From: Nitrospirales bacterium
GTDB taxonomy: Bacteria; Nitrospirota; Nitrospiria; Nitrospirales; UBA8639
Assembly: GCA_963555755.3 (NCBI GenBank)
Contig: OY820905.2
Location: forward strand, 4,512,001 to 4,576,000
Length of the DNA: 64,000 nt
Direction: 5' to 3'
Shown: piece after piece, positions 40,144 to 50,605 of the stretch
How positions within the stretch are numbered: the stretch's first letter is position 1
Layout of the letters: every line of letters starts with the position of its first letter
Notes under the pieces: generated by a model
Databases searched by the model: none
The model's input: only the letters and a program-made list of their open reading frames with translations
Told to the model about the DNA's origin: nothing
Position numbers and translations under genes: made by a program

Positions 40144-41160
40144 ATGGGTAGCCATGTTGAAAATATTCTTGTCATCAAGCTACGGTACATTGGCGATGTT
40201 CTCCTCACCACTCCGCTCTTTCGTGTCCTTCGCGAGCAATTTCCTCAAGCCAGACTGACCGCCCTGGTAAATCAAGGCACGGAGCCTGTTCTCAAGCATA
40301 ATTCTTGCCTTGATCATATCGCCGTACTTCCCCAGGGAAACTGGGTTCAACAGATTAAATTTCTCCGGTTTATTCGATCGTGTCGCTTTGACTGTGTGAT
40401 TGATGTATCTGATGGGGATCGGTCTGCATTCCTCACGGCTATTTCAGGGGCACGAATGAAAATTGGTTTTAATCGTGAAGGCCTATGGAGGGGGAGAGTC
40501 TATTCATGGTCGATCAAAGGCCAATATGGAACGATGCACATGTTGGACTACCACGCACAGTCGCTTATTCCGCTTGGGATGGAGCCGCGCATTTGTGATC
40601 CGGAGCTAAATGTCAGCGACGAAGAGAGTCAAGCTGCCGAACAGATTCTTGCCAACTATGGGTTGAAAGGCGTGAATTGGGTCATGCTACATCCCGCTGC
40701 TCGATACTGGTTTAAAGCCTGGCCACCTGAAAGGTTTGCAGCGCTGGGTGATGCGCTTATCAAAGAAGGGTTTCAAGTTGTCTTAGTAGGAAGCGAACCT
40801 GAACAAAAGGTGGCCGAAGAGGTGATTCAAGCTGGTCAACAGAAATTTGTCTCTCTCGTTGGGAAAACTACTCTTCGAGAGTTGGCAGTGTTGATGAAGC
40901 AATGCCGCATTTTTGTAGGAAATGATGCGGGACCGATGCACATGGCTGCTGCGGTCGGCTGTCCCGTAGTCGCCTTGTTTGGTCCCACGGATCCGGCTGT
41001 ATGGGGGCCTCGTGGGAAATCATGTCATACCATCTATAAAGGGCTTGATTGCCGAGAATGTTTTTATCCAGGTTGTCAAAAGGGCGAGATGAGTTGCATG
41101 AAACGTATTAGCGTGGATGAAGTACTGCAAGCGGTGAAACCATTGTTATCTGGGGCATAG
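40144..41160 (+). CDS. GT9 heptosyltransferase III (RfaQ-like)
   Basis: KLRYIGDVLLTTP; HPAARYWFKAW; GNDAGPMHMAAA; FGPT. Confidence 0.85.
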   Translation: MGSHVENILVIKLRYIGDVLLTTPLFRVLREQFPQARLTALVNQGTEPVLKHNSCLDHIAVLPQGNWVQQIKFLRFIRSCRFDCVIDVSDGDRSAFLTAISGARMKIGFNREGLWRGRVYSWSIKGQYGTMHMLDYHAQSLIPLGMEPRICDPELNVSDEESQAAEQILANYGLKGVNWVMLHPAARYWFKAWPPERFAALGDALIKEGFQVVLVGSEPEQKVAEEVIQAGQQKFVSLVGKTTLRELAVLMKQCRIFVGNDAGPMHMAAAVGCPVVALFGPTDPAVWGPRGKSCHTIYKGLDCRECFYPGCQKGEMSCMKRISVDEVLQAVKPLLSGA

Positions 41161-41266
41161 CTTACCTGGGTGGTGAATGTAAACAGACAATGGGGCTGCC
41201 GAACAATTGAAATATTTCCATTATGCCGTCCGCAGGTTATTCATCTCATACACCTCCAAGAGCAAG

Positions 41267-41402
41267 CGGGGATGTTCAAAACCTGTCCTGAGCCAACGCC
41301 GAAGGAAGGTGTGATCAGTCCTGTCCTGAGTCTGTCGAAGGGAACGCTGCTGGTTTGTCTGCCGTAGCCTTGGCGAAGGCTGACGCCCTTTTTCAACATC
41401 CC
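41267..41402. mobile_element. Degenerate family D MITE containing three REP-like hairpin units
   Basis: Ends CGGGGATGTTCAAAA / TTTTTCAACATCCC; inserts CCTGTCCTGAGCCAACGCCGAAGG, CCTGTCCTGAGTCTGTCGAAGG and GCCGTAGCCTTGGCGAAGGC. Confidence 0.65.
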
Positions 41403-42464
41403 TTACGGAAATGGGGACAGGGGGGCATAGTGCATAGGAACTCCGAGTAGCTCTTCAAGCCATGGGTCCATGTCAGATTTGGGTAACGGCATCATGTTGA
41501 GTCGTACTTCGAGTTGGTATTGATTGCCTGTGGTCATCACCCCGATGACGACTGCGGCATTTTTGTAATCGGGGAGTAGGTGTTGAGTATAAAATTCACA
41601 AATCGTCGTATAGAGCCGCCCGCTTTCCCCCATAATCCCTAGAAGATCCGGAAGCTCAGTGAGACATGTATGAGCCGAACACCGATAGGCAAAGCGGTTG
41701 TGTGGCTCGATCTCCTGAAATTCGTGTAAGGCCTGTTGCGGGAACCCGGTTAGATACACTCTGACCGACGCAGTAGGCAGTTGATGCGTATTGGCCAACC
41801 CGCTAGCCGGCACCAGAAATTCAAAAGGGTCAGAGGCATTAAATTCGAATTGGCATGGCCCAAAGGCATCCGCCCAAGAGCAAAAAAACGGTACCTCTTC
41901 TCGAGTCGAACGAAGGCTGACCTTATGGTCCTGGCGCTCTATTTCAATGGGAAGTCCCAGAAGATCGATAGCGGATTGAAACGCGGTCTCCCGTTCGTCT
42001 ACCCAGATTGATGGCTGATGATTGATCCATGTATCTCCTGGGGCAATGACCTCACAGGTGCCCAGGCGAATGCGAATAAAGGAATGGGTATGACGAAAAC
42101 CGAGCCAAAACATGGCCTGAGGGTGGAGTGTAGCGAAGTGGCCTGGGATGAGCCAGGGATGACAAATGGAACAATAAGTACTGACGGATTGGTATTGTTG
42201 AAAGATCGTGTGATAGCGTCCCGCTAACAGAAAAAAATCGCCCTGCCAATTATCCAGAATGTGGATCATCGTGACATCCTCGAATGGCCAGGGTTCCAGT
42301 TGTTGAATGCTTTCAGGCGAAGTCACCTGCCATTCTTCCACATAGCAAATCCCTTCTTTCTCCGGATCAACGGGGCGTAGCCCTTTACGTTCAAGACGTG
42401 TCAGCATGGACAACACGTCTTCGAAACTTAGCGAATCCTGAGATTCCCACCGTTGCTCACGCAT
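41403..42464 (-). CDS. Hypothetical protein
   Basis: 353-codon ORF; no family recognised. Confidence 0.65.
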   Translation of the reverse strand: MREQRWESQDSLSFEDVLSMLTRLERKGLRPVDPEKEGICYVEEWQVTSPESIQQLEPWPFEDVTMIHILDNWQGDFFLLAGRYHTIFQQYQSVSTYCSICHPWLIPGHFATLHPQAMFWLGFRHTHSFIRIRLGTCEVIAPGDTWINHQPSIWVDERETAFQSAIDLLGLPIEIERQDHKVSLRSTREEVPFFCSWADAFGPCQFEFNASDPFEFLVPASGLANTHQLPTASVRVYLTGFPQQALHEFQEIEPHNRFAYRCSAHTCLTELPDLLGIMGESGRLYTTICEFYTQHLLPDYKNAAVVIGVMTTGNQYQLEVRLNMMPLPKSDMDPWLEELLGVPMHYAPLSPFP

Positions 42465-42636
42465 GTTTGTTTAGGGCGGAGGAGGATGAGCCGGTCATGG
42501 ATAGTGATGAGGATGGGAGGTGAGGAGTGAGTTGTCGGTTAAAGATTTTCATGGGGTTGGGAATTTTGAGGCAGCAGGAAAAGAGTGCGAGCAAGGCCAT
42601 CGACAGAAAACCTTTTTGGTCAATCGGGCAAAAAAA

Positions 42637-42728
42637 TGGCGGAGAGGGCGGGATTTGAACCCGCGGTAGGGGGTAAACCCTACGGCGGTTTAGCAAACCG
42701 CTGCCTTCGGCCGCTCGGCCACCTCTCC
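42637..42728 (-). tRNA. tRNA-Ser (GCT)
   Basis: GGAGAGG acceptor stem; anticodon arm GCGGT-TTGCTAA-ACCGC; long variable arm; GGTTCAAATCC; encoded CCA. Confidence 0.97.
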
Positions 42729-42732
42729 GCAT

Positions 42733-42921
42733 TTATTTTGTGATATTTTCCAACTGTTTATACGCGAACGCCAATGGAACCTCAAGAGCCGGTTGCAGTG
42801 GGGTTGTGGATTCGGCCTGTTCTTGGGTGTCGTCTAACAGATTGATGACGTGTCGGTAGTCCCCTTCAAACAAGTGGCCATACACGTCTATGGTCACTTT
42901 AATGCTGCTATGCCTCAACAT
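42733..42921 (-). pseudogene. C-terminal fragment of a tyrosine integrase
   Basis: LRHSSIKVTIDVYGHL matches the box II LGH....T..Y.H motif; upstream domains are missing. Confidence 0.75.
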
Positions 42922-43130
42922 TATATCACCCACGAAGACATAAATCCCACCTGCATCGTCCCTCTGGGTCCCGACCCAAACCTCACTTCCCCCCATGGTC
43001 GAAACGATTTATCTCGATAGACTATATTGTTCGTTCAGAATGTACCCTCAAAAGTATTCTAAGCTTGTAAAGAGGTTTTTGAGTTTAAAGGGATAGGTTG
43101 ATTTTGGTGGAGGTGTTGAAAAACGGTCTG

Positions 43131-43661
43131 TTACTTTTTGGTGAAGAGATGGGTCTGATCCACGCCGTGGGATTCAATGACGTTGAGGCCTTTGGCATTT
43201 ACGTGACGGCCGCTGATTTTTGCGTTTTTTATCCGCAGGGTCCACGGGGTATGGAGTTTGGCGCCGTTTTCCATGAAGAGTTGCGGGGTTTTGAGTTCGC
43301 CGTCCACCCTGGCGGTGCTGCTGAGTTTGACGTTGTTCTTTGCCGTGATATCCCCAATGATCGTGCCTTCACTTTCGACGGACCCGGCCTTGACTTTGGC
43401 TTCAATCATGCCTTGATGGCCAACAATCAGTGAGCCTTTGGTATGAATTTCCCCTTCAAAGCGTCCGTCAATTCGAATGTTTCCGTGGTTGGTAATCTTT
43501 CCCTTGCATTCAACCCCTTCACCAAAAAATGCGACGATTTCATTGCTTTTTCTTCGCTGAACGGGGTCCCTGGGGTTTTTGGCTGTTTGTGTAACAGACC
43601 TTCCCTGGGCATGGCGTTTATCCATGGCCTTCGACTGTTTGGATTCAGTGGATGTACTCAT
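43131..43661 (-). CDS. Bactofilin / polymer-forming cytoskeletal protein
   Basis: G.I...GNIRIDGRFEGEI...GSL.VG..G.I.A beta-helix repeats. Confidence 0.88.
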   Translation of the reverse strand: MSTSTESKQSKAMDKRHAQGRSVTQTAKNPRDPVQRRKSNEIVAFFGEGVECKGKITNHGNIRIDGRFEGEIHTKGSLIVGHQGMIEAKVKAGSVESEGTIIGDITAKNNVKLSSTARVDGELKTPQLFMENGAKLHTPWTLRIKNAKISGRHVNAKGLNVIESHGVDQTHLFTKK

Positions 43662-43935
43662 GAGTCAGAAGATGTCCTGTATTTCGTACGCCTCAATCTT
43701 TTTTTTGTTCCTTGTGCCTCAATATAAGTTTATCGGTGGTTGATTGAATTAAATTGAATTTTTTGTATTTCTCATCGTGCCCCTGCTCCTCATCCACCTT
43801 TTGAAAGCCTTTCGTATGATTTGGATCTGATTGTCCATATTGCAAAAAATTACCGATCTGTTTTTTCCATATATGCAGGGTGGCGAGGCGTCTTGGACCA
43901 GGACCTTTTGCTTGACATGAGATGGTCATGGGTAG

Positions 43936-44406
43936 ATGGTGCGCGAGACGTTGTCACATGTGATTTGTGCGTGTGGATATCCTGCGAACGAGCGAGGACT
44001 ACGATCCATGCCAGTTGCGACTATGGCCTTTCGTCGATGTGTGGTCAATTCCCCTGCCTACGGAAGCGATGAGGACCACGTGGGCTCGCGCGTTTTTTTT
44101 GACTTGCAGGTTGAAGATGAGGCGTATGCCAATGTGTGTGTTGATGTTCGGCAGCTAGCGCGTGAGGGGACAGAGAATGAACCACTGTTGGTTTCGCATC
44201 CGGACGGCTATGATGGGCCCCTCAACTTTCAGGTGTTTCAGTGCCTGGTAGAATTTTATTATCGTCAAGCTGTAGGCACAAAATGGGGGATGTTGGGAAA
44301 CACAGGCATTCGAATGCGGTTAGAAGATTGGGTCATTGAACACGAGATGCTCGTTCAGTTTGAATTGTATGATGATGAGGCAGGATGGGGCGCTTCCGTT
44401 CCTTAG
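43936..44406 (+). CDS. Hypothetical protein
   Basis: 156-codon ORF (start uncertain); its TAG stop overlaps a MITE end. Confidence 0.6.
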   Translation: MVRETLSHVICACGYPANERGLRSMPVATMAFRRCVVNSPAYGSDEDHVGSRVFFDLQVEDEAYANVCVDVRQLAREGTENEPLLVSHPDGYDGPLNFQVFQCLVEFYYRQAVGTKWGMLGNTGIRMRLEDWVIEHEMLVQFELYDDEAGWGASVP

Positions 44407-44565
44407 GGTTCGCGCAAGAATAACTTCCCCTGTTTGGGCGTCGGTCCATCCCGTCTGGCGGCGTTGCTTGTCCTTTCCATACCGAGGAGTATGTGCAGTC
44501 CTCGCGCCTTGCCCCGATCTCAAATCTGGGCCTCCCAATTGTACCGGTTATTTCGTGACGGACCC
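44406..44565. mobile_element. MITE family E (160 bp)
   Basis: Ends GGGTTCGCGCAAGAATAAC / GTTATTTCGTGACGGACCC; TSD TTA in a CTTAG context. Confidence 0.88.
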
Positions 44566-45183
44566 TTAGCTTCTGGATAGAGCCTCCTCAATACCAGTCA
44601 CAATCTGTGGGGATAAGGGTTTGAGCCCTGGACGGTATCGAGCAATGATGTTTCCTTGTCGATCGACTAAAAACTTTTGAAAATTCCATGTAATCTCGCC
44701 AGGGAAGGGACTGTCCTTTGTTAAATATTGATACAACGGATGGGTGTCCTCACCCTTCACACTGATTTTGGTAAACAACGGAAATTCTAACGCGTACTTC
44801 GTATAACAAAATGATTTGATCTCCTCGTTTGTCCCCGGTTCCTGTTTCCCGAAGTTGTTGGCTGGAAACGCGAGAATCTCTAATCCTTGTTCCTGGTATT
44901 GCTCGTACAATGTTTGCAATCCACCGTATTGCGGAGTGTTGCCACACAGACTGGCGGTGTTGACGAGAAGCAGGACTTTGCCCTGAAAGCGTTGAAGGTC
45001 AACGGGATGGCCATCAATGTCATCCATGGTAAAGTTGTAGACGGGAGCCATGGTCGCTTGCGTGGCTTCTTTGACCCGGTCGGAGCTCGGTTCGAATGAA
45101 TAACCCGGTTTACAACTGAGGGTGAGGCTCAGAAAGAGAATGGTGCCGAGGCCGAGTGCGAAGTGTCGTGAGGTGATATCCAT
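44566..45183 (-). CDS. Glutathione peroxidase (Cys type, with signal peptide)
   Basis: VNTASLCG.TPQY; AFPANNFGKQEPG; WNFQKFLVD. Confidence 0.93.
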   Translation of the reverse strand: MDITSRHFALGLGTILFLSLTLSCKPGYSFEPSSDRVKEATQATMAPVYNFTMDDIDGHPVDLQRFQGKVLLLVNTASLCGNTPQYGGLQTLYEQYQEQGLEILAFPANNFGKQEPGTNEEIKSFCYTKYALEFPLFTKISVKGEDTHPLYQYLTKDSPFPGEITWNFQKFLVDRQGNIIARYRPGLKPLSPQIVTGIEEALSRS

Positions 45184-45265
45184 GGGAGGGCTCCTTTTTT
45201 CTGTAGGGGGTTTGTCGATAACACTCAGTGGGTTGCTGTGCTTTCAATTGTGCCGCAACAACGAT

Positions 45266-45838
45266 TCACCAGTAATAGGGCCTTCCATAGGGGCCAAAGT
45301 AATAGGGATTCCAGTAATACGGGCCGTACCAATAGGGCTGATATCGATACGGGTAATACCCATAGGGATAATTCACTGCTGTTGGCCAAATCTTAAGATG
45401 TTCAATAGTTATCGTAGGATAGGTGTAATCCATTTCATCCAAAGGTTCGGTTTGACTTCCTGAAACAGAGCCAACAATCGTGATGCGAGTGCCTTCAGGG
45501 ACAATTGCGGGATCCAAAAAGGCCTGTTCTCTTGCCAAAAATCTTCCTTGGGACTGCATGCGATCCATGACCGGTTCATAGGAGTCTTCCAAGGGAAGCT
45601 GCAAAATCACAAGCCGTGTATGGTCTTTCATCCGTTTAGCCATTAAAACCTCTCCACCCAAAAAAAGAGTTGTGCCTTTGTAGGATTCCGGGGATTCCTT
45701 GATTTGTTCAAAAGTCAGGGACGGGTCCACTTTGGACAGCGTGTCTTGAGGGAACCAATCGTCGTGATAACTGGACGCACAACCAAGCAGGAGAGGAATA
45801 CCGAAACTAACAAAGGCGCGAGTAAAGAGGGTTCGCAT
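45266..45838 (-). CDS. Slp family outer-membrane lipoprotein
   Basis: Lipobox LLGC; GG.V; GRFLA....FLDP; ITIVG; Y.YP; Tyr/Pro-rich tail. Confidence 0.88.
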   Translation of the reverse strand: MRTLFTRAFVSFGIPLLLGCASSYHDDWFPQDTLSKVDPSLTFEQIKESPESYKGTTLFLGGEVLMAKRMKDHTRLVILQLPLEDSYEPVMDRMQSQGRFLAREQAFLDPAIVPEGTRITIVGSVSGSQTEPLDEMDYTYPTITIEHLKIWPTAVNYPYGYYPYRYQPYWYGPYYWNPYYFGPYGRPYYW

Positions 45839-45902
45839 TCGGAGGGCTTACCTTATCCAAAGGTTATGCGTTATTGTACCCTCAAGGAAGAGGATTGCCA
45901 AT

Positions 45903-46676
45903 TTAGCCTAGTGATTTGAGTGAGAAACGAATGGGGAGGTCTACCACGCTGCGAACGGCGAAGAGTCCGTCTTGGGCTGGGGTAAATTTCCATTTCTTGA
46001 TGGCCCTGGCCGCGGCTTCATCTAATACGGAATAACCACAGCTTTCTCTGACTTTTACCGTTCCCGGACGGCCGTCTTGCAGAATTTCTACCCGCAGGAG
46101 GGTTTTGCCTTCCAATCCCATTACACGGGCAATTCTGGGGTATTGGGGAGTGGGATTAAATAGAATTTTCGGGGGTGTGGTTGCGGTGAGGGATTGTCCC
46201 GCCTGGTGGTCCACGAGGATGCGAGTGCTTGAGTGAGCCAGATCGCTTACGCGATTGACTCGAGATATCGGTTGAGCAAACTCTTCTGGAGTCAGTGCCG
46301 TGGACGCAACTTGAATAATCGAGTGGATGTGTCGATTGGTACCGACTGTTACATGTCGGACCAGAGAAGAGAATGTATCAGCCGGACGAATCATATGAAA
46401 CAAATTCGAAACAGCCACCGCCGGGGTCGAGGGTTTCTGAGAGGCAGCCACCGTGTCGGGTTGATGGGCTTTTGGGACGGTTGGTATCGGAGCGACCTGA
46501 GGCGTAACCGGCATCACGTCCACTAACCTCACGGATATCGGCGAGGAAGCAGAATCGGGGGGATGGGACCCAACGAGAACCGCGAGCGCCAAGAAACCTG
46601 CTAGATGGAGTGCCAGCGAGTAGGAACTGAACACCCAAAAGTGTTGGGATCTGTTTTTGCGAAAAGCCATGCTCAC
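45903..46676 (-). CDS. Energy transducer TonB
   Basis: N-terminal anchor S...H; P.YP..AR..G.EG; LDEAA...KKWKF.PA; PIRF.L. Confidence 0.85.
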   Translation of the reverse strand: MSMAFRKNRSQHFWVFSSYSLALHLAGFLALAVLVGSHPPDSASSPISVRLVDVMPVTPQVAPIPTVPKAHQPDTVAASQKPSTPAVAVSNLFHMIRPADTFSSLVRHVTVGTNRHIHSIIQVASTALTPEEFAQPISRVNRVSDLAHSSTRILVDHQAGQSLTATTPPKILFNPTPQYPRIARVMGLEGKTLLRVEILQDGRPGTVKVRESCGYSVLDEAAARAIKKWKFTPAQDGLFAVRSVVDLPIRFSLKSLG

Positions 46677-46985
46677 ATGTCTTTAAGAAAGATGGGTCAA
46701 AAACGACCTCATTATAGAAAGTAAAGGATACAATGTGTGGGGCTTGTTCTTCAACCTTTTAAATCTCTTCAATTTATTGCTTTATACCTGTGTGGCCCCT
46801 GATCCTTATCATCGCAACAATGACAAAAGAAATTGAGAGGAAATAATTGCCTAGGCAGAACTCAGGATAACGTGGTGGGTCCTGCCATACAATCAGCAGG
46901 GCTCGGAGGAATCTTTGGTCTGAGAAAACTTGCGCAACTCGCTATAATAGAAGAAGGATGATGGGTCTTCTATTGCGGAGGAAAT

Positions 46986-49475
46986 ATGGAACCTGAATCA
47001 GAGAGCTCCAAACCTCAACCCAAGCATCGCGAACTCATGATGGCTACAGTTGCCAAGGTCATGGATCCGGTGTGTGGGATGATGGTCGATCCGCTTTCAG
47101 CTGCCGGGAAATTCGACCATGAGGGGACGACCTATTATTTCTGCAACCCCCGATGCGAAGAACGATTTCGTGGTGATCCCGATGGCTATCTAAGCGGGAA
47201 GTACAAGCAATCGATGGAGCAGGTTCCGGCAAAGCCTGGGACAAAATACATTTGCCCGATGTGTCCGGAAGTGGAATCGGATGTCCCGGCAACATGTCCG
47301 TCGTGTGGGATGGCCTTGGAACCGTCGGCTGTGGCCATGCCCTCGACCAAGACGGAATATGTGTGTCCCATGCATTTGGAAGTGGTCCAAGACCATCCGG
47401 GGGCCTGTCCCAAATGCGGAATGGCATTGGAGCCCCGAACCGTAACGTTGGAAGAAACCAATGCTGAACTCGTGGATATGACCCACCGGTTCTGGATTGG
47501 GGTGGCGCTGGCGTTGCCAGTGTTTGTGTTGGCTATGTCGGATATGATCCCAGGTCAACCGTTAAAAGAAATGCTGTCCGCCAGAATATCGAATTGGCTG
47601 CAATTCATCCTCGCCACGCCGGTGGTGGTTTGGGTCGGGTTACCGTTCTTTCAACGTGGGTGGGCCTCAGTCGTCAATCGTAGTCTCAACATGTTTACGC
47701 TTATTGCTATGGGTACGGGGACCGCCTATGTGTATAGTGTGGTTGCAACGGTGCTTCCCGGTATGTTTCCCGAATCATTCCGTACTCTGAGCGGCGAGGT
47801 GCCCGTGTATTTTGAAGCCGCTGCGGTTATCATTGTGTTGGTCGCGCTGGGTCAAGTATTAGAAATTCGGGCACGCAGTCAGACGACGAGTGCGCTTAAA
47901 GCGCTGCTTGGCTTAGCGCCAAAAACCGCCCGTATCGTTTGGCGTAATGGAAAGGAAGAAGATATTCCCCTAGAGAAAGTCACAGTCGGCGATCGATTGC
48001 GCATTCGACCTGGAGAAAAAGTGCCGGTTGATGGGGAGGTGCTGGAAGGTTCAACATCGATCGATGAATCGATGGTGACGGGTGAGCCGATCCCGGTCGA
48101 AAAACACAGGGGCAGTTGGGTGACTGGAGGGACCATCAATGGCACGGGTACCGTGTTGATGGAAGCCAAGCGCGTTGGGCAAGAGACCATGCTGGCGCGG
48201 ATCGTTCAGATGGTGAGCGAGGCTCAACGCAGTCGTGCGCCTATTCAGCGGGTGGCGGATGTGGTCGCTGGTTACTTTGTTCCAGTCGTCGTGTTGGTGG
48301 CGGCTGTGGCTTTTGGTGTATGGGCAACAATTGGACCGGAGCCAAAGTTGGCCTATGCCTTGGTGAATGCGGTGGCAGTGCTCATCATTGCCTGCCCCTG
48401 TGCGTTAGGGTTGGCCACACCCATGTCGATTATGGTGGGTACTGGGCGAGGCGCCAGCGCCGGCGTGCTCATTAAAAATGCCGAAACTCTAGAACGATTG
48501 GAAAAGGTAGACATCTTAGTGGTGGATAAAACCGGGACGTTAACCGAAGGCAAACCCGTACTTCAGTCGATCGTGCCCACCGCAGATTTCAGCGAGACAG
48601 CCGTGCTTCAATTGGCTGCCAGCGTGGAGCGCATCAGTGAGCATCCCTTAGCGTCAGCCATCGTGACGGGGGCAAGGGAGCAGGGGCTTGTGCTCAGTGC
48701 GGTGGAAGAATTTCGTTCGCAAACAGGTGAAGGAGTCGAAGGGAAAGTTGATGGGAAAATCGTGGCGTTGGGTAATCGGCTGTTTCTCGAACGCGATATG
48801 GGTGTGCCATCGAAGGAATTAATGGAACTCAATAAGCAAAGTGAGTCGTTACGAAAAAAAGGGCAGACCGTGGTATTCGTAGCCGTCGATGGGCAACCAG
48901 CGGGTGTCATCGGTGTGGTTGATCCAATTAAAGCGACCACTGCGGAAGCGATCCGTTCCCTTAAACGTGATGGCCTCAAAATCGTGATGGTGACGGGTGA
49001 CAATCGGCAGACCGCCGAAGCCGTGGGTCAGCAACTTGGGTTGAAACAGATTCAGGCGGAAGTGTTGCCTGAACACAAGCATCAGATCGTGAAGCAATTA
49101 CAAAAAAAAGGGCATGTGGTGGCCATGGCCGGGGATGGCATCAATGATGCGCCAGCTCTCGCTGAGGCTGATGTGGGAATTGCCATGGGAACAGGTACCG
49201 ACGTGGCCATCGAAAGCGCAGGCGTCACCTTAGTCAAAGGGGACCTTCGTGGTGTCGCCCGCGCCCGCAACCTGAGCAAAGCTACCATGGCGAACATTCG
49301 TCAAAATCTTTTCTTCGCCTTCTTCTATAACCTCCTCGGCATACCTGTTGCCGCGGGTATCCTGTATCCCTTCTTTGGAATTTTGCTGACCCCGATTATT
49401 GCCAGCGTGGCCATGACCTTCAGCTCGGTATCAGTCATCACGAATGCGCTGCGGTTGCGAAGAGTTCATCTGTAA
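46986..49475 (+). CDS. copA: Cu(I)/Ag(I) P1B-type ATPase with YHS and two CPM(C/H)-type metal-binding domains
   Basis: DPVCGM..YYFC; YICPMC and [30 protein letters not shown] and M..SS motifs. Confidence 0.92.
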   Translation: MEPESESSKPQPKHRELMMATVAKVMDPVCGMMVDPLSAAGKFDHEGTTYYFCNPRCEERFRGDPDGYLSGKYKQSMEQVPAKPGTKYICPMCPEVESDVPATCPSCGMALEPSAVAMPSTKTEYVCPMHLEVVQDHPGACPKCGMALEPRTVTLEETNAELVDMTHRFWIGVALALPVFVLAMSDMIPGQPLKEMLSARISNWLQFILATPVVVWVGLPFFQRGWASVVNRSLNMFTLIAMGTGTAYVYSVVATVLPGMFPESFRTLSGEVPVYFEAAAVIIVLVALGQVLEIRARSQTTSALKALLGLAPKTARIVWRNGKEEDIPLEKVTVGDRLRIRPGEKVPVDGEVLEGSTSIDESMVTGEPIPVEKHRGSWVTGGTINGTGTVLMEAKRVGQETMLARIVQMVSEAQRSRAPIQRVADVVAGYFVPVVVLVAAVAFGVWATIGPEPKLAYALVNAVAVLIIACPCALGLATPMSIMVGTGRGASAGVLIKNAETLERLEKVDILVVDKTGTLTEGKPVLQSIVPTADFSETAVLQLAASVERISEHPLASAIVTGAREQGLVLSAVEEFRSQTGEGVEGKVDGKIVALGNRLFLERDMGVPSKELMELNKQSESLRKKGQTVVFVAVDGQPAGVIGVVDPIKATTAEAIRSLKRDGLKIVMVTGDNRQTAEAVGQQLGLKQIQAEVLPEHKHQIVKQLQKKGHVVAMAGDGINDAPALAEADVGIAMGTGTDVAIESAGVTLVKGDLRGVARARNLSKATMANIRQNLFFAFFYNLLGIPVAAGILYPFFGILLTPIIASVAMTFSSVSVITNALRLRRVHL

Positions 49476-49528
49476 CCTGGTGCTGAGGAGTTTGCAAATT
49501 ACCAGAATGCTGAAGATTCTTTTATTGA

Positions 49529-50018
49529 ACCTAGAATCGGCAGTTGGATCACAAAAGTCCGCGCAAGCTATTGGCGCACCTAGGAGCCTGTCCAAGATTA
49601 GACAGATCTACTGCGGGTGCGCTGGGTTTGGCCAGATCTTTCGATCCTTTTCGTTAAATAGTCACCACTATTCGCCTCAAACGATCGAAACATCTGACTC
49701 AAACCAGACCCCCCTCGTCACGATCGCTAATCTCGGACAGGCTCCTCACAAAATACAAAAATATCTTATCACCACGGAGGGTTCGCGCAAGAATACCTTC
49801 CCCGGTTTGGGTGCTGAGACACCTGTCTGGCAAGGCGCGAGGACTGCGCATACTCCTCGTATGGAAAGGACGAGCAACGCCGCCAGAAAGGATGGATCGA
49901 CGCCCAAACCGGGGAAGGTATTCTTGCGCGAACCCTAAGGTGACCACGACTTTGTGTATTTCACCAGGCACACCAATTTCTTACACGTCTTTTTTGCGCC
50001 CAACTGCCGTTTCTAGGT
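49529..50018. mobile_element. Composite MITE: family B containing family C (49583-49745) and family E (49779-49935)
   Basis: B TIRs with TSD TGA; C ends GGAGCCTGTCC / GGACAGGCTCC; E has a 33-bp perfect IR starting GGGTTCGCGCAAGAATACC. Confidence 0.92.
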
Positions 50019-50084
50019 TGAAAAGATAGATGCCGTTTTTGCGGGAATAATGCCCAGGGTTTTCATAGTGTTCCCCAAAGAGCC

Positions 50085-50366
50085 TTGATGAACAATCTTC
50101 CTCGTATTGAAATCGAATATTGCACGCAATGTCGGTGGCTATTGCGGGCGGCATGGATGGCGCAGGAGTTGTTGACGACGTTTGAGGAAGAGCTGGGTGA
50201 AGTGGCGTTGATTCCTGGGACCGGTGGGGTGTTTAACGTTCGTGTAAAAGAAAAATCGGTTTGGTCGCGGGAGCAGCAAGGGCGGTTCCCAGAGGTCAAA
50301 GAACTGAAACAATTAGTCCGGGATGTTATTGCCCCTGGAAAAGATCTTGGGCATTCGGAACGATAG
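50085..50366 (+). CDS. SelT/SelW/SelH (Rdx) family protein
   Basis: IEYCTQCRWLLRAAWMAQELL.TF; PGTGGVF; FPE.KELKQ.VRD. Confidence 0.93.
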   Translation: MMNNLPRIEIEYCTQCRWLLRAAWMAQELLTTFEEELGEVALIPGTGGVFNVRVKEKSVWSREQQGRFPEVKELKQLVRDVIAPGKDLGHSER

Positions 50367-50410
50367 AGAGGATAGCCGATGGGCTATTTATCGTAAGAAA
50401 AATGCCTGGT

Positions 50411-50605
50411 CTATTCAAAAAGCGGAGCTTGCGGTCCGACATGGAGACCAGCCAAATCAGGATCTTCTCCTTCTAGGGTCTGAGGTCGGTCCTCTGCATT
50501 TTGGACTTTTTTAAAGGCCTTTCGTTCTAGCTTATCTTTTTGTTTCATTTGCAAGGCTCGTTCCCTATTACGCTTGGCCGTCGTGGTTTTCGATGGTTTT
50601 CCCAT
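50411..50605 (-). CDS. Small basic hypothetical protein
   Basis: 64 aa with a GGAGG RBS; K/R-rich helix and EDPDLAG..GPQ tail. Confidence 0.65.
   Translation of the reverse strand: MGKPSKTTTAKRNRERALQMKQKDKLERKAFKKVQNAEDRPQTLEGEDPDLAGLHVGPQAPLFE

Noticed and set aside
42733..46700. Prophage or intact island at tRNA-Ser
   Set aside because: Only a short integrase fragment is present. Neighbouring genes are ordinary cellular genes and I saw no second att copy in the window.
44566..50366. Selenoproteins (glutathione peroxidase, SelW-like)
   Set aside because: Both have Cys at the active site (ASLCG; CTQC) and no in-frame TGA.
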